Source: an uncultured bacterium
GTDB taxonomy: Bacteria > Armatimonadota > Abditibacteriia > Abditibacteriales > Abditibacteriaceae
Length of the DNA: 64,000 nt
Direction: 5' to 3'
NCBI GenBank assembly: GCA_963843795.1
Contig: CAWJLW010000006.1
Location: 3,236,375-3,300,374, forward strand
In this document: positions 20,745 to 30,787 of the stretch, one piece after another
How the letters are laid out: each line of letters starts with the position of its first letter
Position numbering within the stretch: the first letter of the stretch is position 1
The notes under the pieces: model-generated
What the model was told of the DNA's origin: nothing
Database searches by the model: none
What the model saw: the letters and a program-made list of their open reading frames with translations, nothing else
Position numbers and translations under genes: made by a program

Positions 20745-22010
20745 ATGAACAATTTTTTAATCGTGGGCGCGCTGGTTTACGCGCTGGCGTTCTGGCTGGT
20801 TTGCTTTCGCTATCCTGCCGTTGCTTTGATGATGATTTTCGCGACGGCACCATTTCAAAACGATTTATCGGGCGGCGGCGGAGCCAAGTTTTCCTTTGCT
20901 GAAATTAACCTGATTCTCGCGCTGCCCATCTTCATTTTGCAGCATAAACGTTTGTCGATTGGCCCTATTGTTTGGCCGGTTGTCGCCTATTTATCTGTGG
21001 GCGCGGTCAGCTCGTTTCTGAACTGGCACGGCAACGATGCGCTGATTTCGTTCATCCAGATGTTTTTGTTCATGGTCGTCATCGTAATTCTGTTCGCTTC
21101 AATGACGCCCAAACCCGAAGATATTCGGTTGGCTTTGTATGGCGTGTTGCCGATTGCGATTTTCATGGCAGCACTCATCATTATCACGCGCCAGCAGTAT
21201 GTTCTGGGCATTCATAAAAACGGTATCGGAGGTTCGCTTTCGGTGTCGCTTTTGGTGGCACTCGAATTGTGGTTCAATCTGCGCTCGGGCTGGCGCAAGT
21301 GGGCGATGGTGGCGGCCATGATTGTCATCGCGGCGGGCCTCACACTCACGCTTTCGCGTGGCGCGTGGTTGGGTGCGATTTCAGGAGCGCTTGTACTCAC
21401 GGCGATGCGTCGTCAGTGGCTTTTGATGGGACGCGCCGTGCTCTTGATGCTACCAGTTTTGTGGATGGCGTGGAGTGCGCTACCGCAGGAACAGCGCGAA
21501 TATGCGACCGGCTTTACGTCCAAACGGCGTAATATCGAAGCGCGTTATGAAAGCGTCGAAGTCGCGGCGCGCTACTGGCGCAAAAATTATCTCCTCGGCG
21601 ATGGCGTGGGCCTGCGCAAGCAATACGACGCCACGAATTTAATCTGGATGGTGCTGGCCGAAACCGGCATTTTAGGTTTGCTGGCGTGGATTGCTGTTCA
21701 TGTCGCGTTTTATCGCATGGTGTGGCAAACGCAGGCCAAAATCGCGCGCGATGATCCTTTGTATTCTCTGGTCGCGATTGGCGGCGCGCTGATAACCGCG
21801 CGCTTGATGCACGGCATGGTCGATCATTACTGGGCGCGTGGGCCAACAATGATGGCGTGGGCCGCAGCGGGCATGGCGCTGGGCGCATATTTCGCGGTGC
21901 GACATCAACGCGCCATCGGCCTTCATTCGCCGCGCTTCAAAATTTTGCTCGCACTCGATGCCATCGAGAAACATCGCGTCCAGCGGCATAATGCCGGCGA
22001 AATCCGTTAA
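20745..22010 (+). CDS. O-antigen ligase/polymerase (Wzy_C-like) membrane protein
   Basis: Many TM helices; HKN, TLSRGAWL, G.GVG and LAETGILG motifs; glycosyltransferase context. Confidence 0.8.
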   Translation: MNNFLIVGALVYALAFWLVCFRYPAVALMMIFATAPFQNDLSGGGGAKFSFAEINLILALPIFILQHKRLSIGPIVWPVVAYLSVGAVSSFLNWHGNDALISFIQMFLFMVVIVILFASMTPKPEDIRLALYGVLPIAIFMAALIIITRQQYVLGIHKNGIGGSLSVSLLVALELWFNLRSGWRKWAMVAAMIVIAAGLTLTLSRGAWLGAISGALVLTAMRRQWLLMGRAVLLMLPVLWMAWSALPQEQREYATGFTSKRRNIEARYESVEVAARYWRKNYLLGDGVGLRKQYDATNLIWMVLAETGILGLLAWIAVHVAFYRMVWQTQAKIARDDPLYSLVAIGGALITARLMHGMVDHYWARGPTMMAWAAAGMALGAYFAVRHQRAIGLHSPRFKILLALDAIEKHRVQRHNAGEIR

Positions 22011-22062
22011 AAACGTTCTGCAAGTACTTGCAGGAAAAATTTCCTCCTCAAAATCCGAATTC

Positions 22063-23208
22063 ATGAATCATAACAGCCAGAAAGCGCCTCGTGTGGCGTT
22101 GTTAATGGACACGCCCAACTGGGCGGGAACCGAAGCGCACATCCGCGATTTGGCGCTGGGATTAAGCGCCGAAAAAGTCGACGTGCGCGTAGCGTGTCCG
22201 CATAGCTCGCTGCTCGCGCAGAAAGTGCGCGCGGCGGGTGGACGCGTGTTGCCAGTCGCACGACGTGGCGGCTACGATCCCGCGACAATAGCGCGTTTGC
22301 GGCGTGCTTTGGTGCGCGGCGAAATCGACATTATTCACGCGCACAACGGTCGCACCGCGCTGATGGGCGTTTTGGCTGTGCTCAGCGCGCGGCGCGGGCG
22401 CTGCATTTTGACACAGCATTTTTTGCGTCCGGCTCACGTCGATAACAGTGGCCCTAAAGCGCGTGTATTCAACGCGATGCACGCTTTTGTCGCGCGCAAT
22501 TTGGCACACACAATTGCAATTTCGCAAGCTGTAAAGCAAGCCGCCCTCGCGCGTGGCGAAGTTGCAGCCGACCAAATCAGCGTGGTTTTGAACGGTTTGC
22601 AAGCGCCGATATCATGCGAAAATTTGACGCGTAGAGAAAAGCGCGCGGCATGGCAGACAAATGAGAATGCGCCTCTGATTGTTTGTGTCGCGCGCTTGCA
22701 GAAAGAAAAAGATTTGGACGTTTTGATTTCGGCCATGACGCAAGTGCGCGAAAAATTTCCTGATGCGCGCTGCATCATTGCTGGTGAAGGTGACGAGCGC
22801 GCGATGTTGGCCGAACTCGTCGAAAAATTGAATTTGAATAACACCGTTGAACTCGCGGGCTTTGTCGATTCCATCGCCGATTTGATGAGCGCGGCGGATG
22901 TTTTCGTGCTGCCCAGCGCCGCCGAACCGTTTGGTTTGGTCTTGCTCGAAGCGATGGCTTTGGGCGCGCCAATTATCGCGGTCAATGATGGCGGCCCACC
23001 TGAAATCGTGGTCGATGGCGAAACCGGATTATTAGTTCCGCCGCGCGATAGTGACTCGATGGCCAAAGCGATCATCGAAATCGTAAGCGACCAGTCGCGC
23101 GCGCAAACGATGGGCGAAGCCGGACGCACGCGATACGAACAATTGTTTACGCGCGAGCGCATGGCGCGAGAAACGCGCACGGTTTACGAAAAAGTGTTGA
23201 ATTTATAG
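22063..23208 (+). CDS. Glycosyltransferase family 4
   Basis: GTE, DIIHAH, VARLQKEK and EPFGLVLLEAMA. Start moved to the ATG at 22063. Confidence 0.92.
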   Translation: MNHNSQKAPRVALLMDTPNWAGTEAHIRDLALGLSAEKVDVRVACPHSSLLAQKVRAAGGRVLPVARRGGYDPATIARLRRALVRGEIDIIHAHNGRTALMGVLAVLSARRGRCILTQHFLRPAHVDNSGPKARVFNAMHAFVARNLAHTIAISQAVKQAALARGEVAADQISVVLNGLQAPISCENLTRREKRAAWQTNENAPLIVCVARLQKEKDLDVLISAMTQVREKFPDARCIIAGEGDERAMLAELVEKLNLNNTVELAGFVDSIADLMSAADVFVLPSAAEPFGLVLLEAMALGAPIIAVNDGGPPEIVVDGETGLLVPPRDSDSMAKAIIEIVSDQSRAQTMGEAGRTRYEQLFTRERMARETRTVYEKVLNL

Positions 23209-23254
23209 AAAAGCGCGCCCCGCAAGTACTTGCAAGGCGCACTGGGAATAGAAA

Positions 23255-23806
23255 ATGACTTTGTGGCAATTAATAGCCGAAGATATACGCGGCATGGTGC
23301 CTGACCGAGGGCACGGTAAAGCGCTTTATAGGCTTTCTGTAGTATTGAAATTGTTATTGTATCCACGTATTCAAGCGGTTTTGCTATTCCGCCTTTCGCA
23401 CTTTTTCTATCGTTGGAAACTCACGCCCTTGGCGTTCTGGCTGCAAAGTTTGGAACTGTTGTTGGCAGGCGCAGAAATTCATCCTGCCGCGCGCATCGGG
23501 CCGGGTTTTTGTTTGGTGCATTCCAACGGCGTCGTTATTGGCGACCGCGCGCGCATCGGCGCGCATTTCATCTGCTTTCAGGGCGTCACCGTCGGTGATT
23601 CGGGCAAAGGCGATGGCCAGCCGGCTCTCGGCGATTGGGTCACAGCCAGCGCAGGCGCGAAACTTCTCGGCGCCATCACGGTCGGCGACCACGCGGTTAT
23701 TGGAGCCAACGCCGTGCTTTTGAAAGACGTACCCGCTTACGGCGTCGCCGTCGGCATTCCGGCTCGCGTAGTCAAAGTCAACGCACCCGAAACCACAATT
23801 GTTTGA
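23255..23806 (+). CDS. Hexapeptide-repeat O-acetyltransferase (CysE/WcaB-like)
   Basis: EIHPAARIGPG, HSNGVVIG, IGANAVLLKDVP and VGIPARVV. Confidence 0.88.
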   Translation: MTLWQLIAEDIRGMVPDRGHGKALYRLSVVLKLLLYPRIQAVLLFRLSHFFYRWKLTPLAFWLQSLELLLAGAEIHPAARIGPGFCLVHSNGVVIGDRARIGAHFICFQGVTVGDSGKGDGQPALGDWVTASAGAKLLGAITVGDHAVIGANAVLLKDVPAYGVAVGIPARVVKVNAPETTIV

Positions 23807-23812
23807 CACTTC

Positions 23813-24943
23813 ATGAAAATTCTTTTGATTTCGCACACTTGCCAATCGCGCAGCGAAGGCCAACCGCGCCCGCAAGCGCTGGGCGCGCTGCCAGATATCG
23901 ACTTAACGCTCGTCACGCCCGACCGGTGGAAACATTACGGGCGCTGGCGGCGCGCACAAAAACCTTTTAACCCGACATTCGACACCATCATCGCGCGTGT
24001 GGCGCTGCCTTGGCTTGGCCCGGCGCAAAACTATTTGCATTTTTATCCGGCTCTGGGCCGCGTGCTACGCCGTTTTGCGCCCGACCTTATCGACGTTTGG
24101 GAAGAGCCGTGGTCGGCAGTGGCCGCTCAAACCTGCTGGCTGCGCGACCGTATTTTGCCCGACGCCAAAATTCTCATCGAAACCGAACAAAATCTCAATA
24201 AAATGCTGCCACCGCCCTTTGAAAATCTGCGTGCTTACACGCTGAAAAAAGCTGATGCCGTGGTGTGTCGCAACGAAGAAGCAACTGGCGTAGTGCGCGA
24301 TAAGGGTTACAAGGGCCCGTTGCACGTCGTGCCCAATTGCGTCGATGCCGATTTATTTCGTCCGCTCGACCGCGAAAAGTGCCGTGCGGAATTGGGTTTA
24401 AACGGCTTCGTCGCCGGTTACGTCGGGCGCATGATTGAAGATAAAGGCGTAATGGATTTAATCGAAGCGCTGCCATTTTGTTCGGATGAGGTGCAAGTAC
24501 TTGCAGTGGGTTCTGGCGACGCACAGGCCAAGTTTGAAGCGCGCGCGAGGGAATTGAAAGTGCAAAATCGCGTGCGTTTTCTCGAAGCGCAACCACTGGA
24601 GAAGCTGCCCGAAATCATGAACGCGATTGATGTTTTAGCGCTGCCTTCGCGCACTACGCCCAGCTGGAAAGAACAATTTGGTCGCGTGATTATCGAAGCC
24701 CACGCCTGCGCAACACCCGTCATTGGTTCCAATTCGGGCGCGATTCCCGATGTCGTCGGCGAAGCTGGAATCGTCGTGCCCGAACGCAATCCGCAAGCGT
24801 TAGCCCAAGCGCTGCAAACTTTGGCCGATGATTCTAACAAAGCGCGCCAGATGGGCGAAATCGGGCGGCGCGTGGTCGAAGAAAATTATACGTGGGCGCG
24901 CGTAGCGCAGCAGATGCGCGAAATTTATCGTGAAATGCTTTAA
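23813..24943 (+). CDS. Glycosyltransferase family 4
   Basis: YVGRMIEDKG, EQFGRVIIEAHAC and SNSGAIPDVVG. Confidence 0.92.
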   Translation: MKILLISHTCQSRSEGQPRPQALGALPDIDLTLVTPDRWKHYGRWRRAQKPFNPTFDTIIARVALPWLGPAQNYLHFYPALGRVLRRFAPDLIDVWEEPWSAVAAQTCWLRDRILPDAKILIETEQNLNKMLPPPFENLRAYTLKKADAVVCRNEEATGVVRDKGYKGPLHVVPNCVDADLFRPLDREKCRAELGLNGFVAGYVGRMIEDKGVMDLIEALPFCSDEVQVLAVGSGDAQAKFEARARELKVQNRVRFLEAQPLEKLPEIMNAIDVLALPSRTTPSWKEQFGRVIIEAHACATPVIGSNSGAIPDVVGEAGIVVPERNPQALAQALQTLADDSNKARQMGEIGRRVVEENYTWARVAQQMREIYREML

Positions 24944-24986
24944 CTTCGTGCACAAAATTTTCTATTCTGTGTACGAAGTTGAAGTA

Positions 24987-26258
24987 TTATTTCGGCGTTG
25001 GCGCTGGTCGAAATTTCAATCCGCCGGACGGTTTTTGCACCGGCGCGTTTTCGACGGGCACATTTTGCACCGGCGGACGCTGGGGCTGGGGATTTTCGAT
25101 AACGGGCGCGGCTTTTAAAACGATTTCTGCGGGCACGATTTGAATGGGTGGCCGTTGCGCTTGGTTGTTGTCTTTGGCTACTTGCGGCACGATATCGATG
25201 TAGCGCGCTTTTTGAATGTCCTGATTGTAAACCTGCGCTTGCGCGGGCACACGGTCGAGCGTGTAATTGCCATCATTGACCTGGCTTTTGTTCCAGTTGA
25301 ACCACGAAATCGCTTTCACGCGCGGATAATTGGTTTCCAGCGATTGAAAGAAATTGGCCACCCATTTGTCGTCGCCCGGATAGCCTTGATAATAGCGACT
25401 TTTTTCGGGCGCGGTCGCCCATTCTGTCACAAAAATTGGTTTGCGCCGCGCGTAAGTCGCGTAAATTTCGCGCAAATTCGACAGAGGATTACCTGAATAA
25501 AACGAGACGCCAACCCAATCGACGTAATTATCGCCCGGATAATAAGCGCTCGCGGGCACTTTACCTACATCCGGCACATTAGGCGCCCAAACCCACGCCA
25601 CATTATTTGCACCGCGCGCACGAAAAATATCTACAATATGTCGCCACGCCGCCACAAATTGCGCGGCAGTCGCATCGGTTTTGGCGTAATCTTGCGAATA
25701 CGGGTACCAGTTACCGTTCATTTCGTGGTCAATCGAGATGAAAATCGGGCTGTCGAAAGTTTTGATGGTATCGGCAAACTCCTCAAAATAAGCATCGTAA
25801 ACGCCGCGCGCGATGTCGCCGGTTTCGGCGATCTGATGATTGGCTTCATAGGCTGCATCCTGCGTCGAGAATTTCACCAGCGATAGCGCGCCACTGTTTT
25901 CAACGCGCCGCAAAACCGGCGCGTAATTTTGCTGCCACGAAGTCAAACGCCCATTTTCGTACGCCGATGCGAACCACGTCACGACCGACAAACGTTTGCC
26001 CGCCAATTTTTGATACTGCGCCAACTGTTTTTTTAGCCCGCTTTCGTTCCACGTATCGGGCAAGCTCGCACCATGAAAAACGCCGTCGCCTGCGGGTTCG
26101 AATTTGGCGCGCGGCACGGTCGTCGCCGTGTCGCCAGTCGGCGCTGTGCTCTCTGGCAACTCCTGCGGCGCGCTGAACGCGCCGCCGCTCTGCGCGCGAG
26201 CAACAATCGGTGTCGCAAGAAAAATGGCCGAGATCAAAATTTTTTGAAAGTTTGGCAT
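24987..26258 (-). CDS. Secreted glycoside hydrolase family 26-like protein
   Basis: Signal peptide; G.YDAY, HEMNGNWYPY, NVAWVWAPN, YYPGDNYVDWVG..FY and KPIFVTEW motifs. Confidence 0.85.
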   Translation of the reverse strand: MPNFQKILISAIFLATPIVARAQSGGAFSAPQELPESTAPTGDTATTVPRAKFEPAGDGVFHGASLPDTWNESGLKKQLAQYQKLAGKRLSVVTWFASAYENGRLTSWQQNYAPVLRRVENSGALSLVKFSTQDAAYEANHQIAETGDIARGVYDAYFEEFADTIKTFDSPIFISIDHEMNGNWYPYSQDYAKTDATAAQFVAAWRHIVDIFRARGANNVAWVWAPNVPDVGKVPASAYYPGDNYVDWVGVSFYSGNPLSNLREIYATYARRKPIFVTEWATAPEKSRYYQGYPGDDKWVANFFQSLETNYPRVKAISWFNWNKSQVNDGNYTLDRVPAQAQVYNQDIQKARYIDIVPQVAKDNNQAQRPPIQIVPAEIVLKAAPVIENPQPQRPPVQNVPVENAPVQKPSGGLKFRPAPTPK

Positions 26259-26375
26259 AACATTCTGGGTTTGCCACAAAATGACGCGAGAATGTTGTCG
26301 TGAGTTGAAAGTTGCATCCCCGCAATGGTGCTATTGCTTCCATTTCCATCACGAAGGCGCAAACATTGAAAATCA

Positions 26376-26411
26376 AAAATGCCCTCTGCAAGTACTTGCA
26401 GAGGGCATTTT
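26376..26411. terminator. 36-bp perfect palindrome centred on GCAAGTACTTGC after the sigma factor gene
   Basis: aaaatgccctctgcaagt|acttgcagagggcatttt; a second motif copy lies at 26428. Confidence 0.7.
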
Positions 26412-26449
26412 GTGGTCTAGTCATGTTGCAAGTACTTGCAACGCGAAAT

Positions 26450-27349
26450 TTACGGATTGTTAGTCATGACTTCGCTTAGCGAACCTTTGCGCAATTTGCG
26501 CAGCGCTTGACCTTCGATTTGGCGCACGCGTTCTCGGCTCACTTTGAAGTGCGCGCCCAATTCCTGCAAGGTGTGCGCTTTGCCGCCGGGTTGCAAGCCA
26601 TAACGCAGCTGCACGACTTCGCGTTCGCGCTCGGTCAGTTCATCCAAAGCGTCGCGCACTTCTTCGCGCAAAATTGCGGTTTCAGCGGCTTCTTCGGGCA
26701 CAATGGCATCGCCGTCTTTAAGCATATCGACGAAATCTTCGCCGTCGCCGGTTTCGCCAATTTCGTCGTCCAGCGAAAAAGTTTCCGCCATGTTCAACAA
26801 CACCAAAGCCGCAGTGTCTTTGGTCACATTCAGCTTGGTTGCAAGTTCATCGACCGTAGGCTGTCGTCCCAATGCTTGCACCAAAAGGGCAATTGTGCGG
26901 TAAGCGGTTTTGGTCAGTTCGGCGATGTGGGCGGGCACACGCACCATTTTGGCTTGGTCGGCGATAGCGCGGCTCATGGCCTGACGAATCCAGAACGAAG
27001 CATACGTCGAGAAACGATAACCCAAAGCCGGATCGAATTTGCGCGCGGCGCGCATCAGACCAAAGTTGCCTTCCTGAATCAAATCGGCCAGCGTTAACGA
27101 GTGATTGTGACCTTGATGCAACTGCTTCAAAGCCATCGTAATTACTAGGCGCAGGTTGGCTTCGACCATTTTCTTGTAAGCTTCTTCATCGCCTTTGGCG
27201 ATGCGTCGGCCCAATTGTTTTTCTTCAACAGCGGTGAGCAGAGGCGTTTTCTGCGCCATCTTGACCCACGCCGCTACGGCATCGGGCAGCGCGGCGGAAG
27301 TCGCTTCCACGCCACGCGAATTTTGATTGTTTTGGTAGTTTTTGCTCAT
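26450..27349 (-). CDS. Sigma-70 family RNA polymerase sigma factor, RpoD-like without region 1.1 (group 2-like)
   Basis: ANLRLV, DLIQEGNFGLMRAARKFD, RFSTYASFWIRQAMSRAIADQ and VSRERVRQIE; 299 aa. Confidence 0.92.
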   Translation of the reverse strand: MSKNYQNNQNSRGVEATSAALPDAVAAWVKMAQKTPLLTAVEEKQLGRRIAKGDEEAYKKMVEANLRLVITMALKQLHQGHNHSLTLADLIQEGNFGLMRAARKFDPALGYRFSTYASFWIRQAMSRAIADQAKMVRVPAHIAELTKTAYRTIALLVQALGRQPTVDELATKLNVTKDTAALVLLNMAETFSLDDEIGETGDGEDFVDMLKDGDAIVPEEAAETAILREEVRDALDELTEREREVVQLRYGLQPGGKAHTLQELGAHFKVSRERVRQIEGQALRKLRKGSLSEVMTNNP

Positions 27350-27986
27350 GCAATATGGCTCCTTGCCGATCTCGACGCGCTTTTTCGGTGTTAGTGGCTG
27401 TTTTCAGTTACTGTAGTGAAGTGATAATCTGCAATGTATATTGCCATTGTATGTTGCCATTTCAAAAATAGTTTGAAACGCCTTTGAAAGCTCGCGATTG
27501 GCGCTGCATTTTTTTCGCACTCAAAAAGACGCGCGAACGCGTTACGCGCTGCACCGGAAATGTTCAAAGACTGCTTATGACAAAGCGCAACACAACAAGG
27601 TTTCTTAGAATTCTCAGAATTCCAAACTCGGCTGAGAAACCTGCCGCGACCGGCTCAGTAGCTTTTCAGTAACTTTGATTTCCCCATATCTCTCGTCAAA
27701 AGTTCGAGCTAATCCGCAAGCTACGCCGCAAGCGGTTTAGCCAACCCATCTAAACACATTTTTCAGGCTTTGTCAAGTTTGCTCCTGTCAGGGAATGCCT
27801 TGAAACGTCGAAATTTCGGTTTGAATACAGGCTTGAACTCCGGTTTGAATTTCTTGGTTCGCTTGGTTTATGCCACATCGCGCGCCAAGTCAGTGCCAGT
27901 TCGGTCAAAATCAGTGAAAACATATTGCTGCAAGTACTTGCAACAGTATTTCGCGTTGTGCGGCTTCTTTCACTAAACTATGGCCA

Positions 27987-30737
27987 ATGACTCAAACACT
28001 TTTCACCGATAACCATTCCAATCCCGAAATGGCGACCGCTTTCGATCCACATCCCGTAGAAGCCCATTGGTCCCAAATCTGGCGCGATAACAATTGGTTT
28101 CATCCCACTACTCCCGAAAAATCTGATAAATCGCCGTTTTGCATCACAATTCCACCTCCCAACGTGACTGGTGTTTTGCATCTGGGCCACGCGCTGCAAC
28201 ATTCGATTCACGATTGTTTATTGCGCTTTCATCGCATGAACGGACGCCCGACATTGTGTGTGCCGGGCACCGATCACGCTTCAATTGCCACTGAAGTCAA
28301 AGTCGATGCCCTGATTCGCGAAACCGAAAACAAGACGCGCTGGGAAATTGGGCGCGAAGAATTTTTGGTGCGCGCCCACGACTGGAAAGACAAATATGGC
28401 GCAACCATCATCGAGCAATTGAAAGCCTTAGGTTGCTCCTATGATTGGCAACGCGAACGCTTCACCATGGACGAAGCCTACAGCCGCGCTGTGCTCACGG
28501 TTTTCGCGCGCTGGTATGAAGAAGGCAAAATCTATCGGGGTTTGCGTTTGGTCAACTGGTCGCCGGGCGCACAAACCACGGTTTCTGATTTGGAAATCGA
28601 TTACCGCGAAACTGTGGGCTCGCTGTGGCATTTCCGCTATCCGATTCAAAATTCGGAAGAATGGATCGTCGTAGCGACAACGCGCCCGGAAACCATGTTG
28701 GGAGACACCGCAGTGGCCGTGCATCCCGATGATCCGCGTTATCAGAAGCTCATCGGCCAAAATGTAATGTTGCCTTTGATGAATCGTCCGATTCCAATTG
28801 TCGGCGACAGCTACGTTGACCGTGAATTTGGTTCGGGCGCAGTGAAAATCACGCCCGCGCACGATCCCAATGACTATGAAATCGGCGTGCGTCACAATCT
28901 GGAAATGCCGACCGTTATCGGCTTCGATGCCCGCATGACCGAACTTGCTGGCGCTTATCAAGGCTTAACGCGCGAGGAAGCGCGCGTGCGTGTCGTGGAC
29001 GATTTGCAGAAATTGGGCTTGATCGAACGCATCGAACCCTACACGCATTCGGTCGGCCATTGTTCGCGGACAGGCAGCGTAATCGAGCCACTGTTGAGCG
29101 AACAATGGTTTGTGGCGATGAAGGAATTGGCGCGACCGGTGGTTGATGCCATTAAGATGAACCGCATCAATTATGTACCAGGTCGTTATGCGCAGAGCAG
29201 TTTGGAGTGGCTGGAAAATATCCGCGATTGGTGCATTTCGCGCCAATTGTGGTGGGGCCATCGTATTCCCGTCTGGTATGGACCGCACGGCGAAATCAAA
29301 ATTTCCACTGAACCGATTACCGAAGACGGCTGGCGTCAGGACGAAGATGTTTTGGATACGTGGTTTTCCAGCGCGTTGTGGCCATTTGCAGTTTTGGGCT
29401 GGCCGGACGATTTGGAGCGCGAATGGTATCCGACTTCAGTGCTGATTACCGGGCGCGATATCTTGAATTTGTGGGTTTCACGCATGATTTTGACTTCATT
29501 GCATTTCGTCGATAACGAAATTCCATTTCGCGATGTTTTCGTGCACCCCACAATTCAAGATTGCTTTGGTTTGCGCATGAGCAAAAGCTTGGGAACCGGC
29601 ATTGATCCCATGCAATTGATCGAAATTTACGGTGCCGATGCGACGCGCTTTGGCTTGTTGCAATTGACGACCGGCACTCAAGATGTGCGCTTTATCGACA
29701 ACGCCGAAAGCGCGCTGGGCGAGCAATTCGTGCGCGATTGGATCGGCAAATATAAGGGCAGCCGCCCGCTGCCGCTGCAATGGGACGGCAAGCCCGGCGA
29801 GCGTTTTCCGCAGATGCAGCAGGCGCGCAATTTCGCCAACAAAATCTGGAACGCCGCGCGTTTCGTCTTGACGCAAGACATCGAAGCCGAAGCATTTGAT
29901 GAAGCCGATTTCGATTTGCCCGCGCGCTGGATTGTGTCGCGCTTAAACGCGACGATTGCGCAAGTAACGCAAGATATCGAAAGCTATCAATTTGAAGCCG
30001 CAGCGAGCACTTTGTATGGCTTTGTGTGGGGTGACTTCTGCGATTGGTTCGTCGAACTTTCAAAGCCGAAATTGCGCCAGGGCGATGGGCAGCGGTTCGG
30101 CTTGTTGCTGCACATTTTGGAAGTGTCGCTGCGTTTGTTGCATCCGTTCATGCCGTATCTCAGCGAAGAAATCTGGCATCGCTTGCCGATTAAACGTGAC
30201 GCGCAAGCGTTGTGTGTGGCCGCGTGGCCCGCTGCAAGTACTTGCGACGAAGAAGCCGAGCGCGAATTCAAGCTATTGCAGGACGCGATTGGTGCCGCGC
30301 GCCGTCTGCGCTCCGAAGCGAAACTGCCACCGGGCCAGAAAGTGCCCCTGCACATTTTCAGTAGCTCTCACGATGCGGTCGCGGTCGCAACGGAAAACGA
30401 AAACTTATTCGCACTGGCTAATATCAGCGAATTGAGCGTGTTTTTAGATGACGGTGACGATGACGCATCACGCCCGCAAAATGCGATATCGGCGGCTTTG
30501 GGCGAATTGGAAATTTTTCTGCCTTTAGAGGGTTTAATTGATGTCGAGAAGGAGCGCGCGCGCTTGCAGAAAGAAATTGAAGGCAAGCAGCAGGAAATAG
30601 TGCGCGTCGAGAGCAAATTGAGCAACGAAAAATTCGTGGCGAATGCGCCCGCAGAAATTGTGGAGAAAGAGCGCGCCAAGCGCGATGAAATTGTGCAAGC
30701 GCTGGCGCAATTGCAAGCGCGAGCAGCGGCGTTGTAA
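27987..30737 (+). CDS. valS: Valine--tRNA ligase
   Basis: PPPNVTGVLHLGHA, GTDHA, ATTRPET, DWCISRQLWWGHRIP, DVLDTWFSS, RMSKS and a C-terminal coiled coil. Confidence 0.97.
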   Translation: MTQTLFTDNHSNPEMATAFDPHPVEAHWSQIWRDNNWFHPTTPEKSDKSPFCITIPPPNVTGVLHLGHALQHSIHDCLLRFHRMNGRPTLCVPGTDHASIATEVKVDALIRETENKTRWEIGREEFLVRAHDWKDKYGATIIEQLKALGCSYDWQRERFTMDEAYSRAVLTVFARWYEEGKIYRGLRLVNWSPGAQTTVSDLEIDYRETVGSLWHFRYPIQNSEEWIVVATTRPETMLGDTAVAVHPDDPRYQKLIGQNVMLPLMNRPIPIVGDSYVDREFGSGAVKITPAHDPNDYEIGVRHNLEMPTVIGFDARMTELAGAYQGLTREEARVRVVDDLQKLGLIERIEPYTHSVGHCSRTGSVIEPLLSEQWFVAMKELARPVVDAIKMNRINYVPGRYAQSSLEWLENIRDWCISRQLWWGHRIPVWYGPHGEIKISTEPITEDGWRQDEDVLDTWFSSALWPFAVLGWPDDLEREWYPTSVLITGRDILNLWVSRMILTSLHFVDNEIPFRDVFVHPTIQDCFGLRMSKSLGTGIDPMQLIEIYGADATRFGLLQLTTGTQDVRFIDNAESALGEQFVRDWIGKYKGSRPLPLQWDGKPGERFPQMQQARNFANKIWNAARFVLTQDIEAEAFDEADFDLPARWIVSRLNATIAQVTQDIESYQFEAAASTLYGFVWGDFCDWFVELSKPKLRQGDGQRFGLLLHILEVSLRLLHPFMPYLSEEIWHRLPIKRDAQALCVAAWPAASTCDEEAEREFKLLQDAIGAARRLRSEAKLPPGQKVPLHIFSSSHDAVAVATENENLFALANISELSVFLDDGDDDASRPQNAISAALGELEIFLPLEGLIDVEKERARLQKEIEGKQQEIVRVESKLSNEKFVANAPAEIVEKERAKRDEIVQALAQLQARAAAL

Positions 30738-30787
30738 GACGGTGCAAGTACTTGCATCTGCAGGTACTTGCACAAAAAAATAAATCT

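Noticed and set aside
27350..27986. T-box riboswitch upstream of valS
   Set aside because: I could not find the T-box consensus (AANNAGGGTGGNACC) or a terminator/antiterminator pair before valS.
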